From NCBI GenBank assembly GCA_044224425.1, contig JBGAKK010000020.1, forward strand, positions 1-64,000: DNA of 64,000 bases, in the 5' to 3' direction. Below the pieces are notes generated by a model. It ran no database searches. It was not told where the DNA came from and saw only the letters and a program-made list of their open reading frames with translations. The stretch is from Phycisphaerales bacterium. GTDB lineage: Bacteria; Planctomycetota; Phycisphaerae; Phycisphaerales; SM1A02. A program made the position numbers and the translations under genes. Below, in pieces: positions 18,053 through 28,574 of the stretch. Each line of letters opens with the position of its first letter. Position 1 is the stretch's first letter.

Positions 18053-18784
18053 GTGGACGATCGAGTGCCCCGCGAGCCTGCTCCGCTCTCCGAGCGCGAA
18101 CTCCGCTTCGAGATCGTGGCCGTCCTGGCCATGGCCTTCCTGCCCTCGCTTCTCGGCGCCTTCCAGCCTCGGCCCGAGCCGAGCGACGGGTTCGGCGCGC
18201 CGAGTACGACGATCCCGCTCTGGTTCCACATGCTCCACCTCGCGGTGGCCGGGTTGGCGGTGATCCTCCCTCTCGCGGCCCTCCTCTGGGCCCGCCGCGA
18301 ACGGTGGTCGCGCTTCGGGATCGTCCCCTTCCGCCCGCTCCCCGATCTCGGCGGATCCGCTGCCCTGTTGGCCCTGGCCGCGGCGATCTGGTGGCTCCTC
18401 GGGCTCTTCCTGTGGCCGATCTTCGCCCGAGCCACGGGCGCCGACACGTCCGACGCCACCTGGTTCGCCGCCCCGTCCAAGACGCCACTCGACCTCGTCC
18501 TCGTCGTCCTCGGAAGCGTGATCAACGCGGGGCGCGAGGAGTTCGCCATGCGCGGCTACCTCATTCCCCGCCTCGAGCAGGCCGGCCTGCCGACCGGCTC
18601 GGCGGTCGTCCTCTCGAGTCTCCTGTTTGCGAGCTACCACCTCTACCAGGGCACCTACGCCTTCGTGGTGATCCTCGCCACCGGTCTGCTCTTCGGCTTC
18701 GCCTTCGCCCGCTTCCGCCGCCTCTGGCCGCTCGTCATCGCCCACGCGGTGTGGGACATCGTCCTCCTCGGCGGTCTCCTCTAA
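18053..18784 (+). CDS. CPBP-family intramembrane metalloprotease (CAAX protease/Abi-like)
   Basis: Motifs EEFAMRGYL, FASYH and HAVWD within a multi-TM protein. Confidence 0.8.
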   Translation: MDDRVPREPAPLSERELRFEIVAVLAMAFLPSLLGAFQPRPEPSDGFGAPSTTIPLWFHMLHLAVAGLAVILPLAALLWARRERWSRFGIVPFRPLPDLGGSAALLALAAAIWWLLGLFLWPIFARATGADTSDATWFAAPSKTPLDLVLVVLGSVINAGREEFAMRGYLIPRLEQAGLPTGSAVVLSSLLFASYHLYQGTYAFVVILATGLLFGFAFARFRRLWPLVIAHAVWDIVLLGGLL

Positions 18785-18802
18785 CGCGGCATCACGGAAC
18801 GC

Positions 18803-20068
18803 TCACACCACACCCGTCGTGCGGAGGGCCGCCTCGAGCTGGGCCCAGCGCTGCTCGAGCGATCCCGTGTAGCCGACCGACATCCGCACCAGGCCCGGCA
18901 AGACGCCGGCCTTCCGCTGGTCCTCCTCGGGCATCTCGCTCGAGGTCGAGCTGGCCGAGCAGGACATGAGCGTCTCGCTGAAGCCGAGGCTCACTGCCAT
19001 CAGGCCGAAGCGGTGCCGGTTCTGGAGTTCCTCCATGAAGCGGTTGGCCCGCTCGGCGGTGCCAAGGTCGAGGGCGATGATCCCGCCCGCCCCGTAGCCT
19101 TCGTTGGCCAAGGAGCGGAGGAGGACATGGTCGGGGTGGTCGCGGAGGCCAGGATAGATCACCGGGATCCCCAACTCGGTCAGCCGCTCGGCGAAGGCCA
19201 GGGCTCGCCGCCCGTGCTCCCGCATGCGGAGCGGCAGGTGCGGCAGGCGGAGCGAGATGTCGAAGGCGACCTGCGGGTCCATGGTCGGCCCGAGCAGCAT
19301 GAGGGAGCCGGTGTGGAGGTCCATGAGGCTCGAGACGAACTCGGTGCTGCCGCAGACGGCCCCGGCGATATGGTCGCTGGCCCCGTTCATGAACTTGGTG
19401 AGGCTGTGCACGACGACGTCCGCGCCGTGCTGGATCGGGCTCATGATGAGCGGCGTGAAGGTGTTGTCGACGACGAGCATCGCCCCATGCCGATGGGCGA
19501 GGGCAGCGAGCCGCGGGATGTCGGCCACGCGGAGGGTCGGGTTCGACATCGTCTCGCAGTAGAGGAGCCTGGTCCGCGGCGTGAAGGCCGCCTCGACGCT
19601 GGCCAGGTTGGCGACGTCGACGAAGCTCGTCGCGATGCCGGTCTTCGCTGGCAGGTAGTCGTGGAGGAAGGCGAAGGTACCGCCGTAGATGGTCCGCTCG
19701 GCAACCACGTGGTCGCCGGCCGAGCAGAGCTGGAGGATGGTCGAGGCGATCGCCGCCAGCCCGCTCGATGTGCAATAGCCTGCCTGGGCTCCCTCGTAGG
19801 CCGCGATCTGCCGACCGAGCACGTAGACCGTGGGGTTGAAGTGCCGGCCGTAGAGGTAGCACCCGCCGCGGTCGGGGCCGAGCCGCCCGCCGAAGATCTC
19901 GGGCATGGTGGCCGGGTCCATGACGGTGAAGGTGGTGGATTCCTCGACCGACATGTTGACGCCGCCGTGCTCGCCGAACTCGTGGCGCATGCTGGCGAAG
20001 GAGGCGACGGGGTCGAAGGCGTGCCCGACGTGGGGCTGGGCGTGGGAATCGGGCTGGGTGATGGTCAT
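18803..20068 (-). CDS. PLP-dependent Cys/Met-metabolism enzyme (methionine gamma-lyase / cystathionine gamma-synthase family)
   Basis: Start MTITQPDSH (ATG 20068). SLTKFMNGASDHIAG with the PLP-lysine. Family-typical YGGTFAF and DNTF blocks. Confidence 0.85.
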   Translation of the reverse strand: MTITQPDSHAQPHVGHAFDPVASFASMRHEFGEHGGVNMSVEESTTFTVMDPATMPEIFGGRLGPDRGGCYLYGRHFNPTVYVLGRQIAAYEGAQAGYCTSSGLAAIASTILQLCSAGDHVVAERTIYGGTFAFLHDYLPAKTGIATSFVDVANLASVEAAFTPRTRLLYCETMSNPTLRVADIPRLAALAHRHGAMLVVDNTFTPLIMSPIQHGADVVVHSLTKFMNGASDHIAGAVCGSTEFVSSLMDLHTGSLMLLGPTMDPQVAFDISLRLPHLPLRMREHGRRALAFAERLTELGIPVIYPGLRDHPDHVLLRSLANEGYGAGGIIALDLGTAERANRFMEELQNRHRFGLMAVSLGFSETLMSCSASSTSSEMPEEDQRKAGVLPGLVRMSVGYTGSLEQRWAQLEAALRTTGVV

Positions 20069-20172
20069 GGCGTCCTCGCGCTGCATCGGCCGCGGCCCGG
20101 GCGGGGCGGCGACCAGAGGAAGGATAGGAGCCTCGCCCGCCCCGAACGCCTGCGCCGTAGGATGACGGTCCG

Positions 20173-21525
20173 ATGTCCCCACCTCGCGGTCGAGTGCGCA
20201 CGCTGCGACGCGATCTCGACGCCTGCACCGGCGACGGCGCGACCTACTCCTTCATGGTGGGGATCGGCGAGACCTATCTCGCCGCCTTCGTCGTCGCCCT
20301 CGGGCTCTCCGGTGTGACGAGCGGCCTCATCGCCGCTGCTCCGCCGGTGGCCGGCGGGTTCCTCCAACTCCTGAGCCGCCGCGGCGTGCGACTCCTGGGC
20401 AGCCCGCGACGCTGGGTGATCCTCTGCGCCCTCCTGCAAGGGACCGCCCTCGTCCCCCTCGCGATCGGCGGTGTGGTCGGGGCCATGCCGACCTGGGCGG
20501 TCTTCCTTTGCGCGAGCCTCTACTGGACCGGCGCCTTGAGCGCCGCGGGACCATGGACGACCTGGGTCGGCGAGCTCTTCCCGGCCCGGATCCGGGCCCG
20601 CTACTTCTCGACCCGGAACCGCTTCTGCCACCTGCTCACGCTGGCCGGGCTTCTTCTGGGCGGCGGCCTCATCAGCGTCGGCACCCGCTCGGGACACGGA
20701 CTCGTCGCCTTCGCCGCCTGCTTCGGCCTCGCCGCGCTGGCCCGCTATTCCTCGACCTTCTTCCTGGCCCGGCAGAGCGATCTTCCACCCCATCACGTCG
20801 AGCACCGCCACGTGACGCTTGGCACCGTGCTCGGCGGCCGCACCCCGGCGGCGCGGATCATCCTTGCCCTCGTCGCCATGCAGTGCGCGGTCCAGATCGG
20901 CCAGCCCTACTTCAACCCCTTCATGCTGAAGGCCCTCGGCTACGACCCGGTGACCTACACCGTGGCCGTGGCGGCGGCGTTCGTGGCCAAGAGCCTGGCC
21001 CTGCCCATCGCCGGCCGCATGGTCGATCGCCGCGGGGCCCGGGCGGTGCTGGTCGGAGCCGCGATCGGGGTCGGCATGCTGGCCATGGTCTGGCTGGTGA
21101 GCGGTTCGCCGCTCTGGATCGTCCCCAGCCAGCTCGTCGCCGGTGCCGTGTGGGGAGCGTACGAGCTCACCGCCTTCCTCATGCTGGTCGAGACCTCCCC
21201 GGCCCGCGAGCGGACGAGCTACGTCGGCTGGTACCACCTCCTGAACTCAAGCGCCATGGTCACCGGCTCGCTGCTCGGGGCCTTTCTCCTCCAAGGCGAC
21301 GAGACTTGGCAGGGCTACGCGACGATCTTCGCCGCCTCCACCTTTGCCCGGCTGCTCGCGGTCGTCCCCTTCATGAGTATCCACGCCGATGTCCGGCGTT
21401 CGCGCGAGATGGTGGGCGAGACGGTCGCCGTCCGGGCCAGCGCTGGATCGATCAACATGCCGCAGGACCTCGAGCAGTCGGAGGGCGGCGACTCGGTCGG
21501 TTGCCGCCCGGAGCCCGGCCCGTGA
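20173..21525 (+). CDS. MFS transporter
   Basis: About 12 TM segments. Alternative start at ATG 20254 (MVGIGETY..). Confidence 0.65.
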   Translation: MSPPRGRVRTLRRDLDACTGDGATYSFMVGIGETYLAAFVVALGLSGVTSGLIAAAPPVAGGFLQLLSRRGVRLLGSPRRWVILCALLQGTALVPLAIGGVVGAMPTWAVFLCASLYWTGALSAAGPWTTWVGELFPARIRARYFSTRNRFCHLLTLAGLLLGGGLISVGTRSGHGLVAFAACFGLAALARYSSTFFLARQSDLPPHHVEHRHVTLGTVLGGRTPAARIILALVAMQCAVQIGQPYFNPFMLKALGYDPVTYTVAVAAAFVAKSLALPIAGRMVDRRGARAVLVGAAIGVGMLAMVWLVSGSPLWIVPSQLVAGAVWGAYELTAFLMLVETSPARERTSYVGWYHLLNSSAMVTGSLLGAFLLQGDETWQGYATIFAASTFARLLAVVPFMSIHADVRRSREMVGETVAVRASAGSINMPQDLEQSEGGDSVGCRPEPGP

Positions 21526-21535
21526 AGATGCCAGC

Positions 21536-23266
21536 GTGACGAGGACCGACCTGCCCAACGCGATCGACGAGCCCGGCCGGTTCCGGGACGGCCTGCGGCG
21601 AGCCACGACGCTCCTCCTCGTCGGCGCCGTGGTCGCTGCCGGGTCGACCGTCGCGTCAATCCTCCTCTCCACCCCAGGCCTCGCCGCTCGCATGGCCCAC
21701 CCCGTGCGCTTCGCCAGCCACGGGACGATTCCCGAGACCACGCTCGAAGGCGCAGCCTGGTTCCGGCTCGCCCTCGGCGTCGTGCCGTGGATTGCTCTCG
21801 CCCTTCTCGCCATCGCTTGCGGCGTCGCTCGTCGTGAGCCGACCGGCGAACGGACCAACCCGACCTTCACCCGGGCCTCGGTCCTCTCGCTCCTCCTCGC
21901 TCTCGCCGTCGGACTCCTCCTCCGCGTGATCCACCTCGGCGACAGCTTGTGGTACGACGAATTAGCCGGCCTCCTCGGCTACTCGCAGTACGGCCCGGCG
22001 ATCATCGGCGGCAACTACTTCTCGCAAGCGAACCACCCGCTCTCCCAGATGGCGATCTGGCTCTCCGCCTCGCTCCTCGGGGTGAATGAGATCACGCTGC
22101 GGCTGCCGGCCCTCCTCGCCGGGACGCTCACCATTCCCGCAGCGTGGCTCCTTGGCCGCGAAGCCCGCGGCGAAGGCATGGGCCTTCTCATGGCGGCCGT
22201 CGTGGCCCTCTTGCCGCTCGCCTGCCTCGCCAGCTCGGACGCCCGCGGCTACGCCTTCGTGATCCTCTTCGCGACCGTGGCGGGCTGGCTCCTCCTCCGC
22301 GGCCTGCGCACCGGCGAACCGCTGGTCTGGCTCGGCCTCGCCGTCGTCCATGCCCTTCTCGTCTACAGCCACCTCGCCGCGGTGTGCGTGGCCCTCGGGC
22401 AAGGGCTCTCCCTCCTCGCTGCCCTCCGTTCGCCCGCCACGCGACGGAACGCGATCGCTGGGCTGGCCGCGCTCGCCGCCGCGGCGGGCCTCACGCTCCT
22501 CCTCTACGCCCCGCTCCTCCCCGACCTCCTCGAGCGACGAGCCTCCTTCACCGTCGCCGGTTCAGGCGGTCCGACCTTGGCCGGGCCCGAGACGCTGCAC
22601 GCCCTCTACGGCCTCGGCGGCTCGTGGACGTGGTGGGCATCGCTGCCCGGCATCGCCCTCGCTCTCATCGGCTTACCCGGCGCCGTCCGCGATCCGCGCC
22701 TCCGCCGGGCCCTCGCCATCACGGGCCTCGGCGTGCCGGTCGCCTATCTCCTCGCCGCGGCGGGCGGCTCGTGGCTCTACGCCCGCTTCCTCCTCTTCGC
22801 CCTGCCCTTCACCGCAATCCTCATCGCCAGTGGTTTGGGAACCCTCGCCGCCCTCGGTCGCCTGCCGCTCGTCATGGCCACCGCCGCCTTGGTCGGGGCG
22901 GGAGCCGTTGACCTCCTCCAACTACCGCCGCGGCAAGACCTCCGCGGCGGCCTCGACGCGGCCCTCGCCCCCATCAACGGACGCACGCCCAGCGTGTGGG
23001 CCCTCGGCCTCAACGACCAGGTCCTCCTCTACTACGCCCAGTCGAGCCACTACGACCTGCACGACCTCGGCAACGACGGAGCGACCATCGCCCGCCAACT
23101 CGACACCGCCAAGCCCGACCGCGTCATCGTCCTCTACCCGCGGCTCCGCCCCAACGAGCGCGTCGGCCAACTCGAGACCCGCGGCTACCGCCCGGTCCTC
23201 TCCCTCCCCGGCTGGATCGACTGGGGCGAGGGCGAAGTCGAGCTCTGGGAGCGGGGGCCGGGATAG
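21536..23266 (+). CDS. polytopic membrane glycosyltransferase (ArnT/PMT-like, GT39/GT83-type fold)
   Basis: In-frame GTG 21536 is taken as the start because the MFS gene ends at 21525. N-terminal half has about 11 TM helices; C-terminal ~150 aa is a soluble domain. Family assignment is by architecture only. Confidence 0.5.
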   Translation: MTRTDLPNAIDEPGRFRDGLRRATTLLLVGAVVAAGSTVASILLSTPGLAARMAHPVRFASHGTIPETTLEGAAWFRLALGVVPWIALALLAIACGVARREPTGERTNPTFTRASVLSLLLALAVGLLLRVIHLGDSLWYDELAGLLGYSQYGPAIIGGNYFSQANHPLSQMAIWLSASLLGVNEITLRLPALLAGTLTIPAAWLLGREARGEGMGLLMAAVVALLPLACLASSDARGYAFVILFATVAGWLLLRGLRTGEPLVWLGLAVVHALLVYSHLAAVCVALGQGLSLLAALRSPATRRNAIAGLAALAAAAGLTLLLYAPLLPDLLERRASFTVAGSGGPTLAGPETLHALYGLGGSWTWWASLPGIALALIGLPGAVRDPRLRRALAITGLGVPVAYLLAAAGGSWLYARFLLFALPFTAILIASGLGTLAALGRLPLVMATAALVGAGAVDLLQLPPRQDLRGGLDAALAPINGRTPSVWALGLNDQVLLYYAQSSHYDLHDLGNDGATIARQLDTAKPDRVIVLYPRLRPNERVGQLETRGYRPVLSLPGWIDWGEGEVELWERGPG

Positions 23267-23521
23267 CAACCATCGGCTCTGAAAGGCATTCACCACAGAG
23301 GCTCAGAGGGTCACAGAGGGCCACAGAGGAAGGCATCGAATTGGGGTGTGCGCACCCCACGCCCATTGGGCGCCCGAACCATACCGAGGCCCTCCGCGCG
23401 CGGACGGCCACCCAATCCCCTGCCTTCCTCTGCGAGGACTCTGCGCTCTCCGCGCCTCTGCGGCAAATGCCTTTCTCCCTGGCTCTCCCCCGCTCTCCCC
23501 CGCTCTCGCCCCCTCCCAACC

Positions 23522-24847
23522 TCAATCGTGGCGCAGCGCCACGATCGGGTCCTTGCGGCTCGCCACCATCGCCGGATAGATGCCGAAGACAAGCCCGACG
23601 CCGGCGGCGACGAGGAAGCTCACCACGATCGCCCACAGCGTGACCTGCGGCTCGAGGGCGAACTTGCTGCTGGCCACGCCGCGGAACCACGGCAGCTTGG
23701 AGGCGATCGGGATCAGCTTCCCAAGCCCCATCGAGACGCCGATACCGAGGCCGATGCCGACCAGGCCGCCGACCGCGGAGAGCGTGCCGGTCTCGACCAG
23801 GAATTGGAGCGTGATGTGGTGCCGCGTGGCGCCCAGCGCTCGGCGGATGCCGATCTCGCGGGTCCGCTCGGTCACCGTGGCCAGCATGATGTTCATGATG
23901 CCGATGCCGCCTACGAGGAGGGAGATGGCGGCGATCGCGATCAGCATGATGTTCCAGGTGAGAAGCGCCTTCTTGGCGTTCTCGAGGAGTTCCCACGGCA
24001 CGATGACCTGGACGTCGGGCGACTGCACGTGGCCCGCCGACATGATCCGCTCGACGCGGGCCGCCACGCTCAGCACGGTGTCCGTGTTGGGGGCCACCAC
24101 GTAGATCTCGGAGAGCTCGATCTCCTCGCCCGAGAACGACCCCGCCTGCCGCCGCACCACGATGTTCCCGAACTGGCTCTCGGCGGTCGAGATCGGCAGG
24201 TGGATGTCCTTGTTGAGGTCGCGGCCGACCAGGGCCGAGCCCGCCCCGCCGGCGAGTCCGACCGGCTTGAGGACACCGATCACGCGGAAGACCTGCGAGT
24301 CGACGCGGAGGTCGGCCCCGAGCGGGTCGCGGAGCTTGAAGAGCTGCTTGGCGACCTCGCTTCCGATCACCGCGACTGGAGCCCGGGTGGCCAGGTCCTC
24401 CTCCGAGAGGTAGCGGCCGCGCTCGAGACGGAGGCGGGCCACCTCGAGGAGGTCGGGCGTGGTGCCGAAGGCCTGGCTCTGGATGCGGTTCGATTCGTAG
24501 GAGACCTCGCTGCCGACCGCCTTGAGCGGGACCACGGCGACGGCATCGGGGATCGAGGACTGCAGCCGCCGGAGATCCTGGAAGAGGATCCCGTAGCTCA
24601 GGACCATGGAGCGCTGGGAACTCGCCGTATTGACCTCGGGCGGCTTGACCGACCGCACGATGACGTTGGTCGCCCCGAGGGCTTGAATGTCGCGCAGGGC
24701 GGAGCGCTTGTTGCCCTCGCCGATCGCCGTCACCACGATCACCGCCGCCACGCCGAGGATGATGCCCAAGCTGGTCAGCGTGGAGCGCAGCTTGTGAAGG
24801 TGCAGGTTCTTCAGGCCGAGGCGGATGATCTCGAGGAGGAACGTCAT
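23522..24847 (-). CDS. ABC transporter permease, MacB/FtsX family
   Basis: Start MTFLLEIIRLGLKNL.. at ATG 24847. MacB-type periplasmic domain between TM1 and TM2, then three C-terminal TM helices (FtsX fold). No ATPase gene is adjacent. Confidence 0.8.
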   Translation of the reverse strand: MTFLLEIIRLGLKNLHLHKLRSTLTSLGIILGVAAVIVVTAIGEGNKRSALRDIQALGATNVIVRSVKPPEVNTASSQRSMVLSYGILFQDLRRLQSSIPDAVAVVPLKAVGSEVSYESNRIQSQAFGTTPDLLEVARLRLERGRYLSEEDLATRAPVAVIGSEVAKQLFKLRDPLGADLRVDSQVFRVIGVLKPVGLAGGAGSALVGRDLNKDIHLPISTAESQFGNIVVRRQAGSFSGEEIELSEIYVVAPNTDTVLSVAARVERIMSAGHVQSPDVQVIVPWELLENAKKALLTWNIMLIAIAAISLLVGGIGIMNIMLATVTERTREIGIRRALGATRHHITLQFLVETGTLSAVGGLVGIGLGIGVSMGLGKLIPIASKLPWFRGVASSKFALEPQVTLWAIVVSFLVAAGVGLVFGIYPAMVASRKDPIVALRHD

Positions 24848-24995
24848 GCGGGCGGGGGCCGGCGCCCAGGGCGACGGGTGCGGCGGGAGAGGCATGCTAT
24901 CTTCAGGCGCCGTGAACCGCCCCGAGCAGCCTTCGTCGTCGCCGCTACCGCCGTTTGAGGCCGCGGGTTGCGAACTCCTCGGCGAGCGCGAGATG

Positions 24996-25262
24996 CCTGG
25001 TGCGTGGGAGTACGACGCCCAGCTCCTCGGCCAGCATGGCGAGCTGCGGCGCTTGGTCCTCGTCCTTTCCTGGGCCGATTACCAGATGTGGGTCCCGGAC
25101 GGCGGCCTCGCCCCGTCGCGGGTGGCCGACGCCCTGCTTCGATTCATCGCCGCCCACCTCGCCTCCTTCGCCGGCCAAGAGCGGATCGACGCCAGCACCC
25201 TCCGCCGCCGCGTCCCGGGCGCAGACAAAGCCATCGCCCAGATGCTGGGCGATGGCGTGTGA
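24996..25262 (+). CDS. small hypothetical protein
   Basis: GC3-rich frame. Could alternatively start at ATG 24894. Confidence 0.3.
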   Translation, partial: PGAWEYDAQLLGQHGELRRLVLVLSWADYQMWVPDGGLAPSRVADALLRFIAAHLASFAGQERIDASTLRRRVPGADKAIAQMLGDGV

Positions 25263-25311
25263 TGGACCCTTGGTTCGGCGCCCGCTTCGGGGTCGGCGCG
25301 GGGCGGCCGTG

Positions 25312-26790
25312 TCAGTTCACCTGGACGAGGGCCGGCGGTTGCCAGGTGCCCTTGCCCGGCGGCAGGATCGAGGGCTTCTCGACCTTCGGCCAGTAGAGGC
25401 GCATGACGAGGTAGATGGTGCCGTTCGGGGCCGGCAGCCAGTTCGACTCCTTGTCCTTGCCCGGCGAGTCGCGCTGGATGTAGAGGGTGAGCGACCCGTC
25501 GGCGTTCGTCTTCATCGACGAGAGCATCGGCGAGTTGATCAGGTAGCGGTTGATCGGGTTCTTGACCAGGAGCTGGTGCTCGCCGTCATACATGGTGACC
25601 GACCAGAAGGCGTTCACCGGCGGGAACTGGCCCTTGGCGAAGGTCAGCGTGTAGTTGTGCTTCGACCCGTCGAGCACCACGCCGTCCTTGGTGGTGCGGG
25701 TCATCGGGTACATGGCCTCTTCCGCGTCGTTGCCGTAGATGCCGGCCGACGCCGCGGCGGCCCGCAGCAGCCAGTCGCCGTTGTAGAAGGCCCGGTTGCC
25801 GAAGGCGGAGCTGATCCGCCAGCCGTTGATCGAGGCTCCGATCGCCCCGGCCTTCTCCTTCACCATCTTCTCGCCCTCCGCCACGCCGGCCGCGATCGCC
25901 TCGCGGTAGGCAGGCGGCAGGTCGGTCGCCTTGTGCGGCTTGCCGGTGCCGATCCCGAGCTTGGCGAGGCGGGCCCGGATGGCCTTCTCTTCCGGTCCCG
26001 GCGGAGCGAACTGGAGGCTGAAGTCGAGGTATTCGAAGAACTGGGTCTTCACCAGCTCCTTGCTGAAGGCAGGCCAGGCGATGGCCGGCGCGGGCGCCGG
26101 GGCCGGCGTCTTCAGGTAGGTCGAGAGCGGCCGAACCAGGTAGCCGGCCTGGACGGCCATCACGTTCGGCATGTCGTCCGCATTGAAGAGCTGGGTGCGG
26201 TAGACGGCGAGGCCGAAGTCGGTCGTGGACTGGAAGACGGCCTTGATGCCGGCCGGCTTGCTGCCCTTCCAGTTCGGCCCGACGACCAGGTAGTCCCCGG
26301 CGTCGCTGCCCGTGGCCCGGCTACCGATGTAGCCGTAGTTGAAGGTGTTGCCGTCGCAGAGCATCACCGAGTAGTAGCGGTCCTTGGGCACCGCCGGGAC
26401 GCTCAGCACCATCGGCTCGGCCCGCAGGTCGAGCCAGGCCATCGAGTATGGCGTGTCGCTGTTGGGGGTGGGGATCGAGGTGTCTTCGTAGGTGAAGACC
26501 CGGTGCTCGTTGTTGATCTGGTTGAACGGCGCCTTCCACTGGCCGGAGTTCCGGTCCAGCACGAAGTCGTTCATGACCCCGTAGTTCATGACGATGGGCA
26601 GGCCGTAGATGAAGCCGTCACGAGCGATCTCCTTGACCTCGGCGAGGCTCGGAAGCTCGGCCTTGCCGGCAGCGGCCTCGGCCGCCTTCGTCTCCTGCGT
26701 CGACGATGTCTTGCAGGCAGCGGCAGACAGCGCCGCCACCATGGCCAACCCTCGAAGGGTGCCGTACGCGAACTTCGTTCCTCGATCCAT
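25312..26790 (-). CDS. DUF1254/DUF1214-family lipoprotein
   Basis: Start MDRGTKF.. (ATG 26790); lipobox-like ..ALSAAAC. Family-characteristic blocks ..FWSVTMYD.. and ..YLVMRLYWP... Confidence 0.7.
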   Translation of the reverse strand: MDRGTKFAYGTLRGLAMVAALSAAACKTSSTQETKAAEAAAGKAELPSLAEVKEIARDGFIYGLPIVMNYGVMNDFVLDRNSGQWKAPFNQINNEHRVFTYEDTSIPTPNSDTPYSMAWLDLRAEPMVLSVPAVPKDRYYSVMLCDGNTFNYGYIGSRATGSDAGDYLVVGPNWKGSKPAGIKAVFQSTTDFGLAVYRTQLFNADDMPNVMAVQAGYLVRPLSTYLKTPAPAPAPAIAWPAFSKELVKTQFFEYLDFSLQFAPPGPEEKAIRARLAKLGIGTGKPHKATDLPPAYREAIAAGVAEGEKMVKEKAGAIGASINGWRISSAFGNRAFYNGDWLLRAAAASAGIYGNDAEEAMYPMTRTTKDGVVLDGSKHNYTLTFAKGQFPPVNAFWSVTMYDGEHQLLVKNPINRYLINSPMLSSMKTNADGSLTLYIQRDSPGKDKESNWLPAPNGTIYLVMRLYWPKVEKPSILPPGKGTWQPPALVQVN

Positions 26791-27136
26791 AGATGGGAGT
26801 CTCCCGACCGGCGGTCGGACACATCGTGCCGCCGGTCGCTTGCGACCCGGGGCAGACACCGACATCGACCCGACGTCGACGCCGCCACCTCCGGGGAGGC
26901 GGGATGGTAACGCAGCACGCCGCGGGCGAACCGCGGCGTGCTGTGGGGGGTTGTCCGAACTCCGCGAGGGTGACCGGATCGGCTCGGCCACCCTCGCGGG
27001 TCGGATCGAGGTGATGGCGGAAGGCCGCCGCGTGGACGGCTCGCCCTCAGAAGTGCCGCCGCCCGCAACGGAGATACCGGTCAGCCGGGAGCGGCTGATC
27101 TTTCGTTTGCGGTCGCGATAGCCGGGGATCGGCTGG

Positions 27137-28531
27137 TCAGAAGCTCCACGCCGCAATCAGGATGGAGAGGTCGGCAGCGTTGGTGGTGCCGTCCCCATCG
27201 AGGTCGGCGTTGGCCGTCCCCCACGAACTCAAGAGGATGCCGAGGTCGGAGGCCCCGACCACCCCATTGCCATCGAGGTCCGGGGTGAGGCCGGCCCCCA
27301 CCGCGCGGGCGAGGTCGAGGCGGCCCGTCCCGATGAGGCCGTCGAAGCCGGGATTCTGGAGGTAGATGGGCTTGGCCGTCCCCTTGAGCTGGTTCCGCAC
27401 CTCGGTCTGCGTCATCTCCGGATGGAGGGACTTGACGAGGGCTGCGGCGCCGGTGGCGAAGGCCGCCGCCACGCTCGTACCGTCGGCGATCGCGAAGCTC
27501 TCGCCGGGCGTCGTGCTGACGATGCCGATGCCCGGAGCGCAAAGGTCGATCTGCGTGCCGACCGCGCTGAATGGGGCGAGGACGTCGTTGGCGTCGGTCG
27601 CGGCCACGGCCAGAACCTTGCCGAGCGACGCCGGGAACAGCGGTCCGCCCTGGTCGGTGTTGCCGCCCGAGACGACCACCACGGCACCCGAGGCGACGGC
27701 GGCGTCGATCATCGACTTGACGAAGTCCGAACTCTGGGTGGAGCCGAAGCTCAGGTTGATGACGTCGGCCTGCTCCTCGATCGCCTCGGCCAAGGCAGCC
27801 GCGATGGCGAAGGTCTCGCCTTGGCCGTCAGAGTCCATGGCCCGGAGCGGAAGGATGGTGGCGGCCGGCGCGATGGTGTGCACGATGCCAGCCAGGAAGG
27901 TGCCGTGACCGGTCATCTCGTCGATCGCCCCGTCGCCGTCGTTGTCGAGCCCGTCGTTGCCGTCGGCCGAGCCGTCGGTGGCGCCGATGAAGTTGTAGCC
28001 GGTGATGAGCGGGCAGTCGGCGAGGTAGGAGTGCGTCTGGTCGAGACCCGTGTCGATGATCGCGATCACTACGCCCTTCCCGACCGTCACCTGGTGCGCT
28101 TCCTCAAGCCGCAAGAGTGGCCAGGCGTATTGCGAGTCGAACTGCGACGGCAGGGCCCCGAAGAAGAAGCTCTGGGTCTGGCCGTTCGAGATCTCGCCGC
28201 CCTCGTTGAACTCGACTTCCTCGACGCCGGGAATGCCCATGATCGCTTGGGCCACGGCCGACTCGCAGAGCGGCTCGGGCACCGAGATCAGCAGGTCGTC
28301 GTGGTCGGGCAGGGCGAAGAGGAGGCGGACCTGCGGATAGAGGGCGGTGATCTCGGCCATCACCGCGTCGACGTTGGCCCCGTCGTTGAGTTCGACGACC
28401 AGTTGGTCCTGCGTGGCGTGGTCGGGGACGCATCCGCCGTCGTCGTCCGCCCATGCTCCGCCTGCGAACCCGAGGGCCAGAAGGGTCGCGGCGATCGGCC
28501 AACGCGGGGATGTGACTCGGCTCGTACGCAT
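27137..28531 (-). CDS. secreted subtilisin-like (S8) serine peptidase with C-terminal dockerin-like repeats
   Basis: Catalytic D (VIAIIDTGLD), H (HGTFLAG) and S (GTSVAAAFATGAAAL) motifs. Signal peptide. C-terminus DLDGNGVVGASDLGILLSSWG / DLDGDGTTNAADLSILIAAWS. Confidence 0.9.
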   Translation of the reverse strand: MRTSRVTSPRWPIAATLLALGFAGGAWADDDGGCVPDHATQDQLVVELNDGANVDAVMAEITALYPQVRLLFALPDHDDLLISVPEPLCESAVAQAIMGIPGVEEVEFNEGGEISNGQTQSFFFGALPSQFDSQYAWPLLRLEEAHQVTVGKGVVIAIIDTGLDQTHSYLADCPLITGYNFIGATDGSADGNDGLDNDGDGAIDEMTGHGTFLAGIVHTIAPAATILPLRAMDSDGQGETFAIAAALAEAIEEQADVINLSFGSTQSSDFVKSMIDAAVASGAVVVVSGGNTDQGGPLFPASLGKVLAVAATDANDVLAPFSAVGTQIDLCAPGIGIVSTTPGESFAIADGTSVAAAFATGAAALVKSLHPEMTQTEVRNQLKGTAKPIYLQNPGFDGLIGTGRLDLARAVGAGLTPDLDGNGVVGASDLGILLSSWGTANADLDGDGTTNAADLSILIAAWSF

Positions 28532-28574
28532 CGAACTGCCTCTTGACATGATCCGAGGTCGGGGAACCCGAGCG

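Noticed and set aside
21389-21535. Upstream in-frame extension of the glycosyltransferase ORF (MSGVRARWW..)
   Set aside because: It overlaps the 3' end of the MFS gene in another frame and is Arg/Ser-rich low complexity. GTG 21536, just after the MFS stop, is the more plausible start.
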